A stretch of DNA of 64,000 bases from an uncultured Candidatus Binatia bacterium (GTDB lineage: Bacteria > Desulfobacterota > Binatia > Bin18). The stretch is from positions 512,001 through 576,000 of the forward strand of contig OZ243961.1 in NCBI GenBank assembly GCA_965214605.1. Direction: 5' to 3'. A model generated the notes under the pieces. That model was not told the origin of the DNA. It saw only the letters and a program-made list of their open reading frames with translations, and searched no databases. Positions 50,433-60,818 of the stretch are shown piece by piece (positions within the stretch are counted from its first letter, which is position 1; every line of letters begins with the position of its first letter). The position numbers and the translations under genes are program-made.

Positions 50433-52565
50433 GTGAAAGCCACACAAGCCCTCGTATTGATCGTGCTCGTGCTGCTCATTGGCTTGTTCTTTGGCTTTGA
50501 GCTCCAGCGATTTCTGACCATTGAGTACTTCACCGCCCAGCGGGACGCCATTACCGCCTTCCAGACGCAAGCCCCCCTGATCACCGCTGGGACGTTCTTC
50601 ATCCTGTATGTTGCGGTCACAGGTTTGTCCCTGCCCGGTGCAGCCCTACTGACCCTCATCGCCGGGGCGCTCTTCGGCTTCCTGCCGGGTGTAATCCTGG
50701 TGTCATTCGCGAGTTCCTTGGGAGCGACTCTGGCGTTTTCCATGGCCCGTTATCTGTTGCGCGACACCGTACGCTCGCGGTTTGCACGCCAGCTGACCGC
50801 CATTAACCGCGGCATCGAAAAAGACGGCGCCTTCTATCTGTTCGCGCTGCGGCTCGTTCCGGCCTTCCCCTTCTTTGCCATCAACCTGGCCATGTCGGTC
50901 ACACCGCTGTCAACCTGGACCTTCTACTGGGTCAGCCAAGTCGGCATGTTGGCCGGAACGGTCGTCTACGTCAACGCTGGCGCACAGCTGAGCAAAATTA
51001 CATCGCTGACCGGCATCCTCTCGCCGACACTAATCGTCTCGTTCGCCCTGCTCGGCCTCTTTCCGCTGATCGCCAAAAAGACTCTAACCGCCACCAAGTC
51101 ACGCGCGGTATTGCGCCGCTTCAAGAAACCTCAACATTTCGACACCAACCTTGTCGTCATCGGGGCGGGGTCTGGGGGTTTGGTCTGCGCGCTCATCGCT
51201 GCCACGGTCAAGGCCAAGGTGACGTTGATGGAGCGACACCGCATGGGCGGCGACTGCCTGAATACCGGCTGTGTTCCCAGCAAGTCCTTACTGCGTTCGG
51301 CAAAGATATTGAGCTATACAACAAGAGCCAGGGCATATGGTTTCAAGAACGCCAGTGTAGAGTTCGACTTTGCCGATGTCATGGAGCGGGTGCAGCGAAT
51401 CATCACCACAATCGAACCCAAGGATTCCACCGAGCGCTATACCAGCCTGGGAGTGGATTGTGTCATGGGTGACGCCACTATTGTTTCGCCTTACCGCGTC
51501 CGCGTCAACAACCAGGAGATCACCACTCGCAGCATTATCATTGCCACCGGCGGCACCCCGTTCGTGCCGCCCATCCCAGGCCTTGAGGAAGCCGGCTATT
51601 TCACATCGGACACAATCTGGGAGCTGCGCACTCTGCCGCGCCGTCTCGTTATTCTTGGCGGCGGTCCCATCGGCTGTGAGCTGGCACAAGCCTTCTCCCG
51701 CTTTGGATCATCGGTGACGATGGTGGAACGCAACCCGCATCTGTTGATGCGCGAAGATGCTGAAATAAGCGCCTTCGTGCAGGCCCGGTTTACCGCGGAA
51801 GGCATTCGCCTCCTCACCAACCACACCGCCCTGCGTGTCGAGACCATGGACGGTCGCAAGCAGCTGGTCTGCGAACGCGACGGACAAGAAACAACCGTAG
51901 CGTTCGATGCCATTCTGGTCGCGGTCGGACGACGACCGACGACCGCCGGCCTCGGCCTTGAAACACTCGGCCTTGCTCTGGATAAACGGGGAGCCATTGA
52001 GGTTGACGACTACCTGCGGACCAATATCCCCACCATCTATGCCTGTGGCGATGTGGTTGGTTCCTACCAATTTACCCATACCGCGTCCCATCAGGCCTGG
52101 TACGCCACGGTGAACGCCTTGTTCAGTCCCTTTCGGCAGTTCAAGGTCGACTATTCAGTGATCCCCTGGACGACCTTCACCGACCCCGAAGTGGCGCGCG
52201 TCGGCTTGAATGAACAGGACGCTGCGCGACAGGGTACGCCGGTCGAGGTGACGCGTTACGATCTTGACGATCTCGATCGCGCTCTGGCCGACGAGGAGGG
52301 CCGGGGATTTATCAAAGTGTTGACGCCCCCGGGCAAGGATCGGATCCTCGGCGTCACTATTGTCGGCCACCACGCTGGCGAGCTTATGGCGGAGTTCATC
52401 CTAGCGATGAAGTGGGGGCTGGGACTGAAGAAGATCCTGAGCACAATCCACATCTATCCGACGCTGAGCGAAGCGAACAAATATGCGGCAGGCGTCTGGC
52501 GCAGAAACAACGCTCCTGGTAGCCTGCTCGACTGGGTGGAGAAGTTCCACCGCCTGCGCCGCTAG
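50433..52565 (+). CDS. TVP38/DedA membrane domain fused to pyridine nucleotide-disulfide oxidoreductase
   Basis: LRLVPAFPFFAIN; GAGSGG, GGDCLNTGCVPSK, GGGPIG, HIYPTLSE. Confidence 0.92.
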   Translation: MKATQALVLIVLVLLIGLFFGFELQRFLTIEYFTAQRDAITAFQTQAPLITAGTFFILYVAVTGLSLPGAALLTLIAGALFGFLPGVILVSFASSLGATLAFSMARYLLRDTVRSRFARQLTAINRGIEKDGAFYLFALRLVPAFPFFAINLAMSVTPLSTWTFYWVSQVGMLAGTVVYVNAGAQLSKITSLTGILSPTLIVSFALLGLFPLIAKKTLTATKSRAVLRRFKKPQHFDTNLVVIGAGSGGLVCALIAATVKAKVTLMERHRMGGDCLNTGCVPSKSLLRSAKILSYTTRARAYGFKNASVEFDFADVMERVQRIITTIEPKDSTERYTSLGVDCVMGDATIVSPYRVRVNNQEITTRSIIIATGGTPFVPPIPGLEEAGYFTSDTIWELRTLPRRLVILGGGPIGCELAQAFSRFGSSVTMVERNPHLLMREDAEISAFVQARFTAEGIRLLTNHTALRVETMDGRKQLVCERDGQETTVAFDAILVAVGRRPTTAGLGLETLGLALDKRGAIEVDDYLRTNIPTIYACGDVVGSYQFTHTASHQAWYATVNALFSPFRQFKVDYSVIPWTTFTDPEVARVGLNEQDAARQGTPVEVTRYDLDDLDRALADEEGRGFIKVLTPPGKDRILGVTIVGHHAGELMAEFILAMKWGLGLKKILSTIHIYPTLSEANKYAAGVWRRNNAPGSLLDWVEKFHRLRR

Positions 52566-52583
52566 GGCCCGTAAGCCCGAGTC

Positions 52584-53435
52584 TCAGGGCTGGTTGAGGC
52601 TCCAGTCGTACTCATAGTCTATTGACCCGCCAAAGTCCTTGAGACGGGCGGCCAGTTCTGCCTCGGCGTACTGTATGAGGTGTTCAAGCACGCCCTTTTC
52701 ACTGTCGCCGAAGTCCTCAACGTACCACTTGTAGATGCTTGATACCAGCAGGAAATCATTGTCCACAAAGTCTACACCTCGGGGATGGTTGACGTAGATG
52801 CGGGCCGCGTCCTCAAGTAGCGTCTCCGTATTGGCTGCAGTAAACGCCGTAGCCGAGAGATTGGGACAGCTATAACTGGCGCAGTTCACGGCATAGTGAA
52901 TCCGGTTATCACGCCAGATGGGCCGCAGGATGCCATGCTCGATGTTGTTCAAGGTTAGGGGCTGGTCGGCGACTCTGGCCTGGACGTCATTCCAGGGACC
53001 GCTGAAGGGGAGCCAGCCCTGGTGAATTTCACGGATGGAGTCCACCGGATAAGCATCCACCACAACCTGTACGGTCAGCGCATTATAGAAGTTGATCCAG
53101 TACGCCTTCTGCTCTGCCCGGGAATAGTGTCTGGGATCAAGGGCTTGCAGGGAGGTGAGATAATCGGCCAGCTTGGCTGTATCCTCCGCAGCAGCCTTGA
53201 GCGCAGCATAGTCAAAGCGGTTGACACCCGAGGGATGAGTTTTGAGGTAGGTGTTCAGAAGGTTCTGCCAGGTGCTGTGGTCGATCTGTTCAGCGTTTGT
53301 CTCAACACTCACATTCCAACCTGATATCATCTCTGACTCGGGCGCAGCAGTGGCACTAGCGGCCGTTAGCGCCAGACCGATCAGACCTAGGATCAGCCGA
53401 GAATATATTCGTATGAACCGGAGCCGCTCCACCAC
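52584..53435 (-). CDS. DUF547 domain exported protein
   Basis: AYWINFYNALT, IEHGILR, RIHYAVNCASYSCP, YDWSLN. Confidence 0.92.
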   Translation of the reverse strand: MVERLRFIRIYSRLILGLIGLALTAASATAAPESEMISGWNVSVETNAEQIDHSTWQNLLNTYLKTHPSGVNRFDYAALKAAAEDTAKLADYLTSLQALDPRHYSRAEQKAYWINFYNALTVQVVVDAYPVDSIREIHQGWLPFSGPWNDVQARVADQPLTLNNIEHGILRPIWRDNRIHYAVNCASYSCPNLSATAFTAANTETLLEDAARIYVNHPRGVDFVDNDFLLVSSIYKWYVEDFGDSEKGVLEHLIQYAEAELAARLKDFGGSIDYEYDWSLNQP

Positions 53436-53939
53436 ATCTCCTTTGTGTCTTATCCATAAATTGGGGAATGTGGGCCGTCAAGTGCCGGTCAGACGTCCAC
53501 GCGAAGCCAACCGGCAGCGAGATCGCTGACATACCACGCTGTAACGAAGCGCTGGCCAGACCAAGGCTTGCAGCGGAGTGCTCGTCCAGGTTGTGACATA
53601 CGCCATAAAGGCGATTGTGACCACCACGGTCCACTCTCAGAGGACACAGCATGGTACAGGCGAGCAGAGAGACCATAGATCGCTGATCGGTGATAGCGCC
53701 CAGCACAGGCCCTATAGCCAGCTCATCCCTACGCCGCACCTGCGGAAGGAGAGGTAGAGGTCGAACACCGGAAAACCGGTCCAGGCAACCACCATAAAGA
53801 GAAGAGGTAGGTTGGGATCGCTGGAACGTACCAGCAGAACGAGGACGAGGCATCCCACGGTGCGCGACCGCATCCACCATCCGGCGTACGGCTATGCCGA
53901 ACCTCTTCTCGGCCACACATAACGCCCTTGTCCGCAAGC

Positions 53940-55340
53940 TTAGCGGGGCGGCCGGCACTTCCAGTAGTAGTGGTGCATGGTCGCGCCTTCTTTGCGCCGT
54001 CGTAGGCTGAGGACGACGCTGTCGCCGACACGCACGTCCTCGGGATCTACGTCGGTCATTTGGCTATACAGACGGCCGCCCCCGTCAAGATCAACCACAC
54101 TCATAATCGTCGGAGAATCTGCAGTGTGGTACAGATGGTCTCGGGTGAAGGTGAAGATATGGCCACTGCGGGACAGTGGGACTTCTTGTAGAGAGTCGTG
54201 ATTATGGCAGGCAATGCAAATGCGAGCGATGGGATACTGCTTGGTGCCGCAGCGCGGACACTGCGAGCCGTACAGGCGGACGTTTTGTTTGTCTTCTTTG
54301 GCCAAAAAGACGTTCGATAGCTCAGGGCCGTCCTGGTGCTCGGCGTAATACGTCCGCATCTTCTTAAAGATCTGGTAGGAAGGGTAGAGGCGCTTCTCAC
54401 TCAGATGATCGGAGACAGACTGAGCGGAAACACGCATTCTCATGTTCTCGGTCGCCCGTAACACGAAACCGTCCGCTCCGTCACCATACCCCAGTAACAC
54501 CAGACGGTCTCCGGCCTGAGCGCTCTCCAGAGCGGCGGCCAACAACAAAAACGGTGCGGCACTGCCGCACGCGCCGACCTGGCTGAACAGCGGGTCTTGG
54601 ATTTGTGCGTCTTGAAAGCCTAGCTTTTTAGCCGCGCCAATATGTGCCCGCCCGTCTGGGGAGGGCAGAATCAGCTTGGCACAGTCCTGAGCCTGGATAT
54701 CAAGAGAGTGCAACAACCTTGTGCCAACGGCGACGACACTGGCCTGATAGCCCCGTTCAGAGCTAAAGCGCGATGTCTGGGTTTGGATAAAATCGTCGGT
54801 ATCACGCCGCCATTCGTCTAGAAAATCGTCCGACCGTGAAGCCGTGCTAAGAATTTCCGCGATCACACCTTCGCGGCCAAGCGTGACCGCACTGCCCGCG
54901 TCACCAAACCAGTCTTCTTCACCTTCACCGGGCTGTCCGTCGCGGACCTCGCCGGCGGCGATCAAAACCTGCGACAGGCGTCCGCTACCAAGAGCGTCTA
55001 GGCCAGCGCGGAGGGCGGTTGTGGCCGAACGCAGACTAGCGCCAAAATCGGCCGTTTCGCATTCCGGCCGCAGATCGCAGGCCGCGGCCAGAAAGCTGGC
55101 CGAAGAACGCTGGCGGAATGGAGCCGAGCTAGAGGCAAAGTACACTCCGTCGATACCGGTCTTGCCGCTGTCCTCAAGACAACGCTGGGCGGCTTCCACA
55201 CCCAGCGTTAGCGCGTCCTCATCAAAATAAATTGCTGCACGCTCACCCCGGCCAGAATGACGCGCCCAGGCGTGGCCGACCTGCTCCCGTTCTAAGCGAA
55301 AAAAAGGGACGTGGTACCCACAGCTGGTAATGCCGATCAT
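53940..55340 (-). CDS. HMG-CoA synthase/KAS III-fold protein fused to DUF35 OB-fold
   Basis: DEDALTLGVEAA, GDAG, GYGDG; C-terminal CPRC..CIAC, YYWK. Confidence 0.85.
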   Translation of the reverse strand: MIGITSCGYHVPFFRLEREQVGHAWARHSGRGERAAIYFDEDALTLGVEAAQRCLEDSGKTGIDGVYFASSSAPFRQRSSASFLAAACDLRPECETADFGASLRSATTALRAGLDALGSGRLSQVLIAAGEVRDGQPGEGEEDWFGDAGSAVTLGREGVIAEILSTASRSDDFLDEWRRDTDDFIQTQTSRFSSERGYQASVVAVGTRLLHSLDIQAQDCAKLILPSPDGRAHIGAAKKLGFQDAQIQDPLFSQVGACGSAAPFLLLAAALESAQAGDRLVLLGYGDGADGFVLRATENMRMRVSAQSVSDHLSEKRLYPSYQIFKKMRTYYAEHQDGPELSNVFLAKEDKQNVRLYGSQCPRCGTKQYPIARICIACHNHDSLQEVPLSRSGHIFTFTRDHLYHTADSPTIMSVVDLDGGGRLYSQMTDVDPEDVRVGDSVVLSLRRRKEGATMHHYYWKCRPPR

Positions 55341-55444
55341 GATCGTGCCTTACGGCGGCGTGCCATATTTAGCCCCCCGTTGGGCTCAGGTCTCAAAAGA
55401 TATCGGCGCTCTCTTCCCTCCTCATGGGGAACGCCCCGATTTCT

Positions 55445-55906
55445 TCAGCTCACAGCCGCCTCTTTTTTACGCAGCATACCAGCCCGCCGACAGCGCATAA
55501 CCACCTCTCCCCGTTGGTTGGTAGCCCGGTGCTCGAACATCACAACACCCCACTGCGGGCGTGACTTGGATGCGCGCTTTTCCACTACCTCGGTCTCTGC
55601 GTACAGCGTATCGCCGATAAAGACCGGCTTGGGAAACTTCACCTCTTCGAAACCAAGATTGCCGACCGTCGTGCCCAGGGTGGTATCTCCGACCGACAGG
55701 CCAACCGTGAGGCCAAGGGTAAACAGGCTGTTGACAAGCCGCTGGCCGAACTCGGCCTTCTTGGAAAATTCCTCGTCGAGGTGCAGGGGCTGAGGGTTCA
55801 TCGTCATGGTCGTAAATAGCAGGTTGTCGGTCTCGGTAATTGTTCGTCCCGGCTGGTGGTGGAAGACATCCCCAACGTTGAGTTCCTCAAAATGTTTGCC
55901 TGCCAT
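55445..55906 (-). CDS. MaoC family dehydratase
   Basis: [24 protein letters not shown]. Confidence 0.92.
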   Translation of the reverse strand: MAGKHFEELNVGDVFHHQPGRTITETDNLLFTTMTMNPQPLHLDEEFSKKAEFGQRLVNSLFTLGLTVGLSVGDTTLGTTVGNLGFEEVKFPKPVFIGDTLYAETEVVEKRASKSRPQWGVVMFEHRATNQRGEVVMRCRRAGMLRKKEAAVS

Positions 55907-55962
55907 AGGGTCCTCCTTACCAGATGTGCTGGGCAATGCGGGGTCCGTGCTTGATCTGCACT

Positions 55963-57117
55963 TCAGTGGACGGACAACCGCTTCTGATACCAAATCCTTC
56001 CGTCTTTAACCGTCAGCTGGTTCACGAGCCGCTGCCGACCGATCATATGGTTTTGGTCGGTATCAACGAAATCAAACTCGCCGTCTTCTAAGCGGAACAC
56101 CGCAATATCGGCGATGGCCCCGGGCTTAAGCGTCCCGATACGACCCGCCTCACCGAGCACCCGGGCCGGATTCGCCGTGGTGCGGACAATGACGTCCTCC
56201 AAGCTCATGCCCAGATTCAAGAGCTTGGACATGGTCGTCGGCAGGTCAAACACCGGCCCTCTGGTCGCGCTGCTCAGGGTCAGGTCGGTCGCGATTGTAT
56301 CGGGATAAAAGCCGGCATCCAACACCTGTTTGACAAACGGAAAGGGAAAATGCATACGACCATGGGCGCAGTCAAAGAGAATCCCCTCTTTTTGCGCATC
56401 CCAGACTTCTCTCAAAATCGCTTTTTTATCGGCCCCCATAATGCCGTGGGTATAGCGATGAAAACAGTGGGTGACAACATCGCCAGGTTTCATGAACGAC
56501 AGGATTTGCGGAATTGGCAACAGGGCATCGGTGATATGGACCATCAGCGGTACCTCAGCCATATCGGCTGCCTGGCGGGCTAGGCGCAGCGGCTCGGTCC
56601 CTGCAGAATCGGGGACAACGTTGTTGCTAAAGCGCAGCTTAACCCCAATGGCGAGGTCCCGATTGGCGCTGATCGTGCGTGCACAGCCCTCAGGGTCGGC
56701 ATAGGCCATGTGCATGAGTTCTCCAACCTGAAGATGAATCAAGCCTAAGGCCGAGAGGTGAACAAAGCACCGCAGCCGCACCTGGCTGCGGTCTGCAACC
56801 GATTGACGTAGTCCCGGAAAAGTCGCTGAACCGGCGCTTCCCGCGTCAATAATCGTCGTCACCCCACTTGCCGAGCAGCGCTGATCAGTTGCGCTCCCCA
56901 TATCATGAGCGTTGACAAAAACGTGGGCGTGCAAATCAATCAGGCCGGGACACACTAGCCCGCCGCTGACGTCTCGAACACGCACCGCTTCGGATTCGGG
57001 AATATCCGGCTGAACGGCGGCAATCCTGCCGTTGTGAATCGCGACGTCGGCTTTCCCCCGAAACGGCCAGCCTGGATCAATGACTTGACCGCCTTTGAGT
57101 ACCAAGTCGTAGGCCAT
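55963..57117 (-). CDS. Metallo-amidohydrolase (EF_0837/dihydroorotase-like deacetylase)
   Basis: [30 protein letters not shown]. Confidence 0.88.
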   Translation of the reverse strand: MAYDLVLKGGQVIDPGWPFRGKADVAIHNGRIAAVQPDIPESEAVRVRDVSGGLVCPGLIDLHAHVFVNAHDMGSATDQRCSASGVTTIIDAGSAGSATFPGLRQSVADRSQVRLRCFVHLSALGLIHLQVGELMHMAYADPEGCARTISANRDLAIGVKLRFSNNVVPDSAGTEPLRLARQAADMAEVPLMVHITDALLPIPQILSFMKPGDVVTHCFHRYTHGIMGADKKAILREVWDAQKEGILFDCAHGRMHFPFPFVKQVLDAGFYPDTIATDLTLSSATRGPVFDLPTTMSKLLNLGMSLEDVIVRTTANPARVLGEAGRIGTLKPGAIADIAVFRLEDGEFDFVDTDQNHMIGRQRLVNQLTVKDGRIWYQKRLSVH

Positions 57118-57148
57118 AGCGTCCTCTTTTTTCGGTGCTTGCACGCGG

Positions 57149-57787
57149 TTATTTTGCCTGCCAGGTGTTGTGGTGGACAAGCTTGTGGATGGGGATCTTT
57201 GGATTGGACGGTTTGCTAGGTCGCTGGGCAGGATAGCCAATCGTGATCAGGCCAACCGGCCGCACTTGATCGGGCAGGCCCAAGATTTTTGCCACTTCGA
57301 CCGGGTTATAGGCTCCCACAAAACAGGCGCCTAAGCCCTGTTCCACAACGCCCAGCAAAATGAGTAACGAGGCAAACGCGGTATCGACCAGACTATAGAA
57401 GTTTCCCCGGCTACCATAGCGTTTTCCCATGCGCTGTGTGTCGGCACAGGTCGCAATAATCAGCGGAGCGGTCGCCACCGAGGTCTGGCCGAAAGCCGCG
57501 GTAGCCAGCTGAGCACGCACCTCGGGATCTTGGACAAGGATGAACTCCCAAGGCTGGAGATTGCCCGCACTTGGCGCCCGAACCGCATACTCAAGCAGGC
57601 GTTGTACAAGCTCTTCTGGAACCGGCTCACCCGTGTAGGCCCGAATCATCGCCCGGCGTGTAACAACCGAGGCGAAGGAGGGCGACTCAGCGGATATAGA
57701 TTCAGCCGCCTCAGCTTTGGCCTGGGCCAATACAAGCGCGGCCCCGGTGCTTTGGAGCAGCTTGCGACGGGAGACTTTGAGTGGCAC
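57149..57787 (-). CDS. Nitroreductase family protein with Tat-like signal
   Basis: SRRKLL...AKA/AEA; RRAMIRAY, APSAGNLQPW, GLGACFVG; GTG after AAGGA. Confidence 0.85.
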   Translation of the reverse strand: MPLKVSRRKLLQSTGAALVLAQAKAEAAESISAESPSFASVVTRRAMIRAYTGEPVPEELVQRLLEYAVRAPSAGNLQPWEFILVQDPEVRAQLATAAFGQTSVATAPLIIATCADTQRMGKRYGSRGNFYSLVDTAFASLLILLGVVEQGLGACFVGAYNPVEVAKILGLPDQVRPVGLITIGYPAQRPSKPSNPKIPIHKLVHHNTWQAK

Positions 57788-57849
57788 TGAAGCGTCCTTC
57801 TCGGGAAAACGCGGCTCGAGACGGCCGCGATACAATCGGCCTATAAGCC

Positions 57850-58926
57850 CTAGCGCCACACAAATCGTAGGACATTTCCCCCACCGGTCTGGGTGGCGCC
57901 AAGCTCAATCTTGGTCAACAGTTCCAGGCTCTCGGCATCAAAAACAGCGATATCGTGCCAGTTGCTGCCGCAGTATATCTTTGTGCCCTGGGGATGGATA
58001 AAGGGCATAAAATACGTATTCGGCAGCGGGCGGCTCTTTTCGATACGACGCGTCTGGAGATCGACCCGCCACAGAGTGTTGTAGGCAAAATAGGCTTTTC
58101 TGGTCGTGGGTGACAGCGCACCGGTCAGCACGTAGGATTCTGGGCTGAAGGGCTGGAGCTCAACCACCTCGACCTCGGGCTCGTCTTGGTTGAGGTCCAA
58201 AGAGGCAATGCCGATCGTGACCTGTCGGGTAATCGTGTCGGTCACAAACGCCCCAAAAGAGATCAAGTGGCCGTGCTCTTGATACGGGTTGCCCAAGGGC
58301 AGCCCGTCAGTCCGCCCGACCCCGGTAATATTCCGATTCAGCAGCGGTAGGCTATCGACCTGCTCCCCGGTTTCGGTATCGTACACAAAGATATCCTGGC
58401 CAACACTGAAGACGTACAGCTGTTTGCCGTCTTTGGACGAGGCCAGCGACATCACCTGGCGGGGAGCAGGAAAGGTGCGCAGGGTTTGCTGGGTGTTCAG
58501 ATCAATGACTCGGATACGGTTGTCGAGCGCCGTGTAACTGCCCGGCTCTTTTTTGAGCGGCATCTCGTGAATGAACAGCCGGTCGCCCTGAGCACTGGCG
58601 TCAATCGCCATTGTGCGGACTAGCTCGGTATCGCTAGAGAGCGAGAAGCTCGTGACCTGCTTGCCCTCATCAAGGTCGACCATGGCGACGCTCTGTGACA
58701 AATTGTTCACCACATAGGCGTACTGCGGATGAGCAGGATTGGGCGCGATGTTGAGGGCCGGACCACGGCCTTCGAGGGCAATATTTTGCACCACCTCATC
58801 GGTCTCAGTATCAATCACAACCAGATTGTTGGGATGGACTGAGGCTAACAGATACCAGTTTGCCTGGGCCATATGGGGAAGGCCGACAAGTATGAGGCAC
58901 AGCAGCAAAGCCTGACAAAAGCGCAT
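57850..58926 (-). CDS. qhpB: Quinohemoprotein amine dehydrogenase beta subunit (beta-propeller)
   Basis: Sec signal ending AQA, HPNNLVVID, FPAPRQ, DIAVFDAESL; follows the gamma gene. Confidence 0.85.
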   Translation of the reverse strand: MRFCQALLLCLILVGLPHMAQANWYLLASVHPNNLVVIDTETDEVVQNIALEGRGPALNIAPNPAHPQYAYVVNNLSQSVAMVDLDEGKQVTSFSLSSDTELVRTMAIDASAQGDRLFIHEMPLKKEPGSYTALDNRIRVIDLNTQQTLRTFPAPRQVMSLASSKDGKQLYVFSVGQDIFVYDTETGEQVDSLPLLNRNITGVGRTDGLPLGNPYQEHGHLISFGAFVTDTITRQVTIGIASLDLNQDEPEVEVVELQPFSPESYVLTGALSPTTRKAYFAYNTLWRVDLQTRRIEKSRPLPNTYFMPFIHPQGTKIYCGSNWHDIAVFDAESLELLTKIELGATQTGGGNVLRFVWR

Positions 58927-58967
58927 CCAATTCCTTCTTCGCACGACCTCGCCCTCACCCGACCGGT

Positions 58968-59291
58968 CTAGTCGATTTTCGGAAAGACGACTTCCAGGCT
59001 CCTCCAGTCTTCCTGGGTCGAGCCTGAACAGGCTTTGGCCCACTCCGGGGTATTCTGCAAACTATCCGGCACCTGGGCCGGCCACCAACACACATTGGCA
59101 CAGCTCAGCAGGTCAGCCTCAACCGGGGCACACATACTGCTTGTCCCGCCCCAGGGATTGGCCTCCCAGCCGGGGTTAAAGATCGTCGTGCAGCCGACCG
59201 GCTGGTTCATCCCAATAACATCGTCCTGCTCTTGGGCTTGGACCGCCTCAACCCGTTCAGCCTTTTGGTTGCGTGGCTTAAGGTGTTTCAT
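58968..59291 (-). CDS. qhpC: Quinohemoprotein amine dehydrogenase gamma subunit precursor (CTQ peptide)
   Basis: MKHLKP leader; GC..PGWE, C..EADL..C...CWWPAQVPD, DWR. Confidence 0.95.
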   Translation of the reverse strand: MKHLKPRNQKAERVEAVQAQEQDDVIGMNQPVGCTTIFNPGWEANPWGGTSSMCAPVEADLLSCANVCWWPAQVPDSLQNTPEWAKACSGSTQEDWRSLEVVFPKID

Positions 59292-59346
59292 TGGCATCTC
59301 CTTACGCTTGCCCCTAGGCCTTTCCGTTCAGCTTTCAACATTCTCT

Positions 59347-60807
59347 TCACGTCAGCTCCTTAGGCGCGTCTCCCCTCCCCCGCAGCACGTAGTGCTCTAC
59401 AAAGCCGGGGGTCTTGCGCTCCAACTCCATATAGACCCTGATGCCGTGCTCTGTCCAGGCTCTCAGAAAGTCACAGTAGTGCAGGTTGGGGTGTAAGGCG
59501 TCGCCAAACTGGGTCATGGCCTCATGATAACACCCGCCACCACACAGCCCACGCACCCAGCAGGTCTGACACACCGTTTTGTTGCCCAGGTGGGCCTTGT
59601 TCACAAAGGCATTCAGCCGGTCATAGGCCAGCCCGTCTCTCACGTTGCCGTGTTTATGCTCCTCGCTGCCGGGGAAACGATGGCACAGATAGACGTCGCC
59701 ATTGCCGTCCACATCCAGCAGTCCCAGCCCAGCACCACACGGGAAAAACTTGTTAGTCCCGACATGGATATCGGTCAACAGGGTGCTCAGATTAGCGAAA
59801 CCAGTATAGCGGCCCTGTATGGCTCGCTCGACGTATAGGCCGCTGAGCTGTCGAAAACCGGCCAACACCTCGTGCAAGTCTGCCGGCTCTAAACCGTAGT
59901 CCGTGCCATTGGTGGACGTAACCGGAGAAAACCCGACCTCAAAAAATCCCAAGCCAGTCAGGTGTTCGTACGTCCGCATAATATCGATCGCGTCTTTCGT
60001 CACAGTGACCCGCGCCACCACCGGGCGGGCAGTATAGCGCTCGAACAGACGCTCCAAGCGGGGCGCCAGCACCTGGTAGGAGCCTTTGCGTTGTCCCGTG
60101 GCGGTCACAAATGAGCGCCGTTTGTCGTGCAAATCCGGCGGGCCATCAATACTGATTGTGATACCAAAGCGATAATCCTGAAAAAAATCAATGACACCAT
60201 CGGTCAGCAACGTGCCGTTGGTGGTAATAGAAAAATCGACCCGTTTGTCTTCGGCCCGGGCTTTTTGCTCGGCATAGGTCACGACTTGACGCATCAGTTT
60301 GAAGTTCAGTAGGGCCTCGCCACCAAAAAAAATCAGGTTGACATCCCGACTCTGGCCCGACTTTTGGAACAGAAAATCGACGCTAGCCTGAGCCGTCGAC
60401 CAGTTCATCTGGACCGGTGTGGGGCCGTATTTGGCCTCGTCCGGCTCATAACAGTAGGTACAGTGCAGGTTACATTTATTGGCAACATTGATGACCACCG
60501 AGCTGACCGGAAACCGTTCAACATCTAGCTGGGGAATCGATAGTGGTGAGGTCGGCGGATCGGTCTCAAAGATGTCCAAGCGGATAAACTCCCGGACCGT
60601 TTCGGCAATCTCCTCAGCCGAAAACCGGTCGGCCAGCGCAGCGATCAGCTGCTCAAGGCTGCACGCCGGTCGGACCTGGCCGTAGTGCAGGACTGCCTCA
60701 CACACCGCATCCATCTCAAACAGAGCCATGCTCTTGGCCGCAACCAAGACGTCCCCCGACTCCGTAGCGAGGGGATAGGCGTTTTCGGGATGGAATCGCA
60801 GCTGCAT
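59347..60807 (-). CDS. qhpD: Radical SAM/SPASM thioether maturase
   Basis: CNLHCTYC, FFGGE, PCGAG, YLCHRF, CQTC..LCGGGCYHE. Confidence 0.93.
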   Translation of the reverse strand: MQLRFHPENAYPLATESGDVLVAAKSMALFEMDAVCEAVLHYGQVRPACSLEQLIAALADRFSAEEIAETVREFIRLDIFETDPPTSPLSIPQLDVERFPVSSVVINVANKCNLHCTYCYEPDEAKYGPTPVQMNWSTAQASVDFLFQKSGQSRDVNLIFFGGEALLNFKLMRQVVTYAEQKARAEDKRVDFSITTNGTLLTDGVIDFFQDYRFGITISIDGPPDLHDKRRSFVTATGQRKGSYQVLAPRLERLFERYTARPVVARVTVTKDAIDIMRTYEHLTGLGFFEVGFSPVTSTNGTDYGLEPADLHEVLAGFRQLSGLYVERAIQGRYTGFANLSTLLTDIHVGTNKFFPCGAGLGLLDVDGNGDVYLCHRFPGSEEHKHGNVRDGLAYDRLNAFVNKAHLGNKTVCQTCWVRGLCGGGCYHEAMTQFGDALHPNLHYCDFLRAWTEHGIRVYMELERKTPGFVEHYVLRGRGDAPKELT

Positions 60808-60818
60808 ACTATCCGTCC

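Noticed and set aside
51100-52565. Mercuric reductase MerA
   Set aside because: No C-terminal Cys-Cys, no NmerA domain, no mer genes
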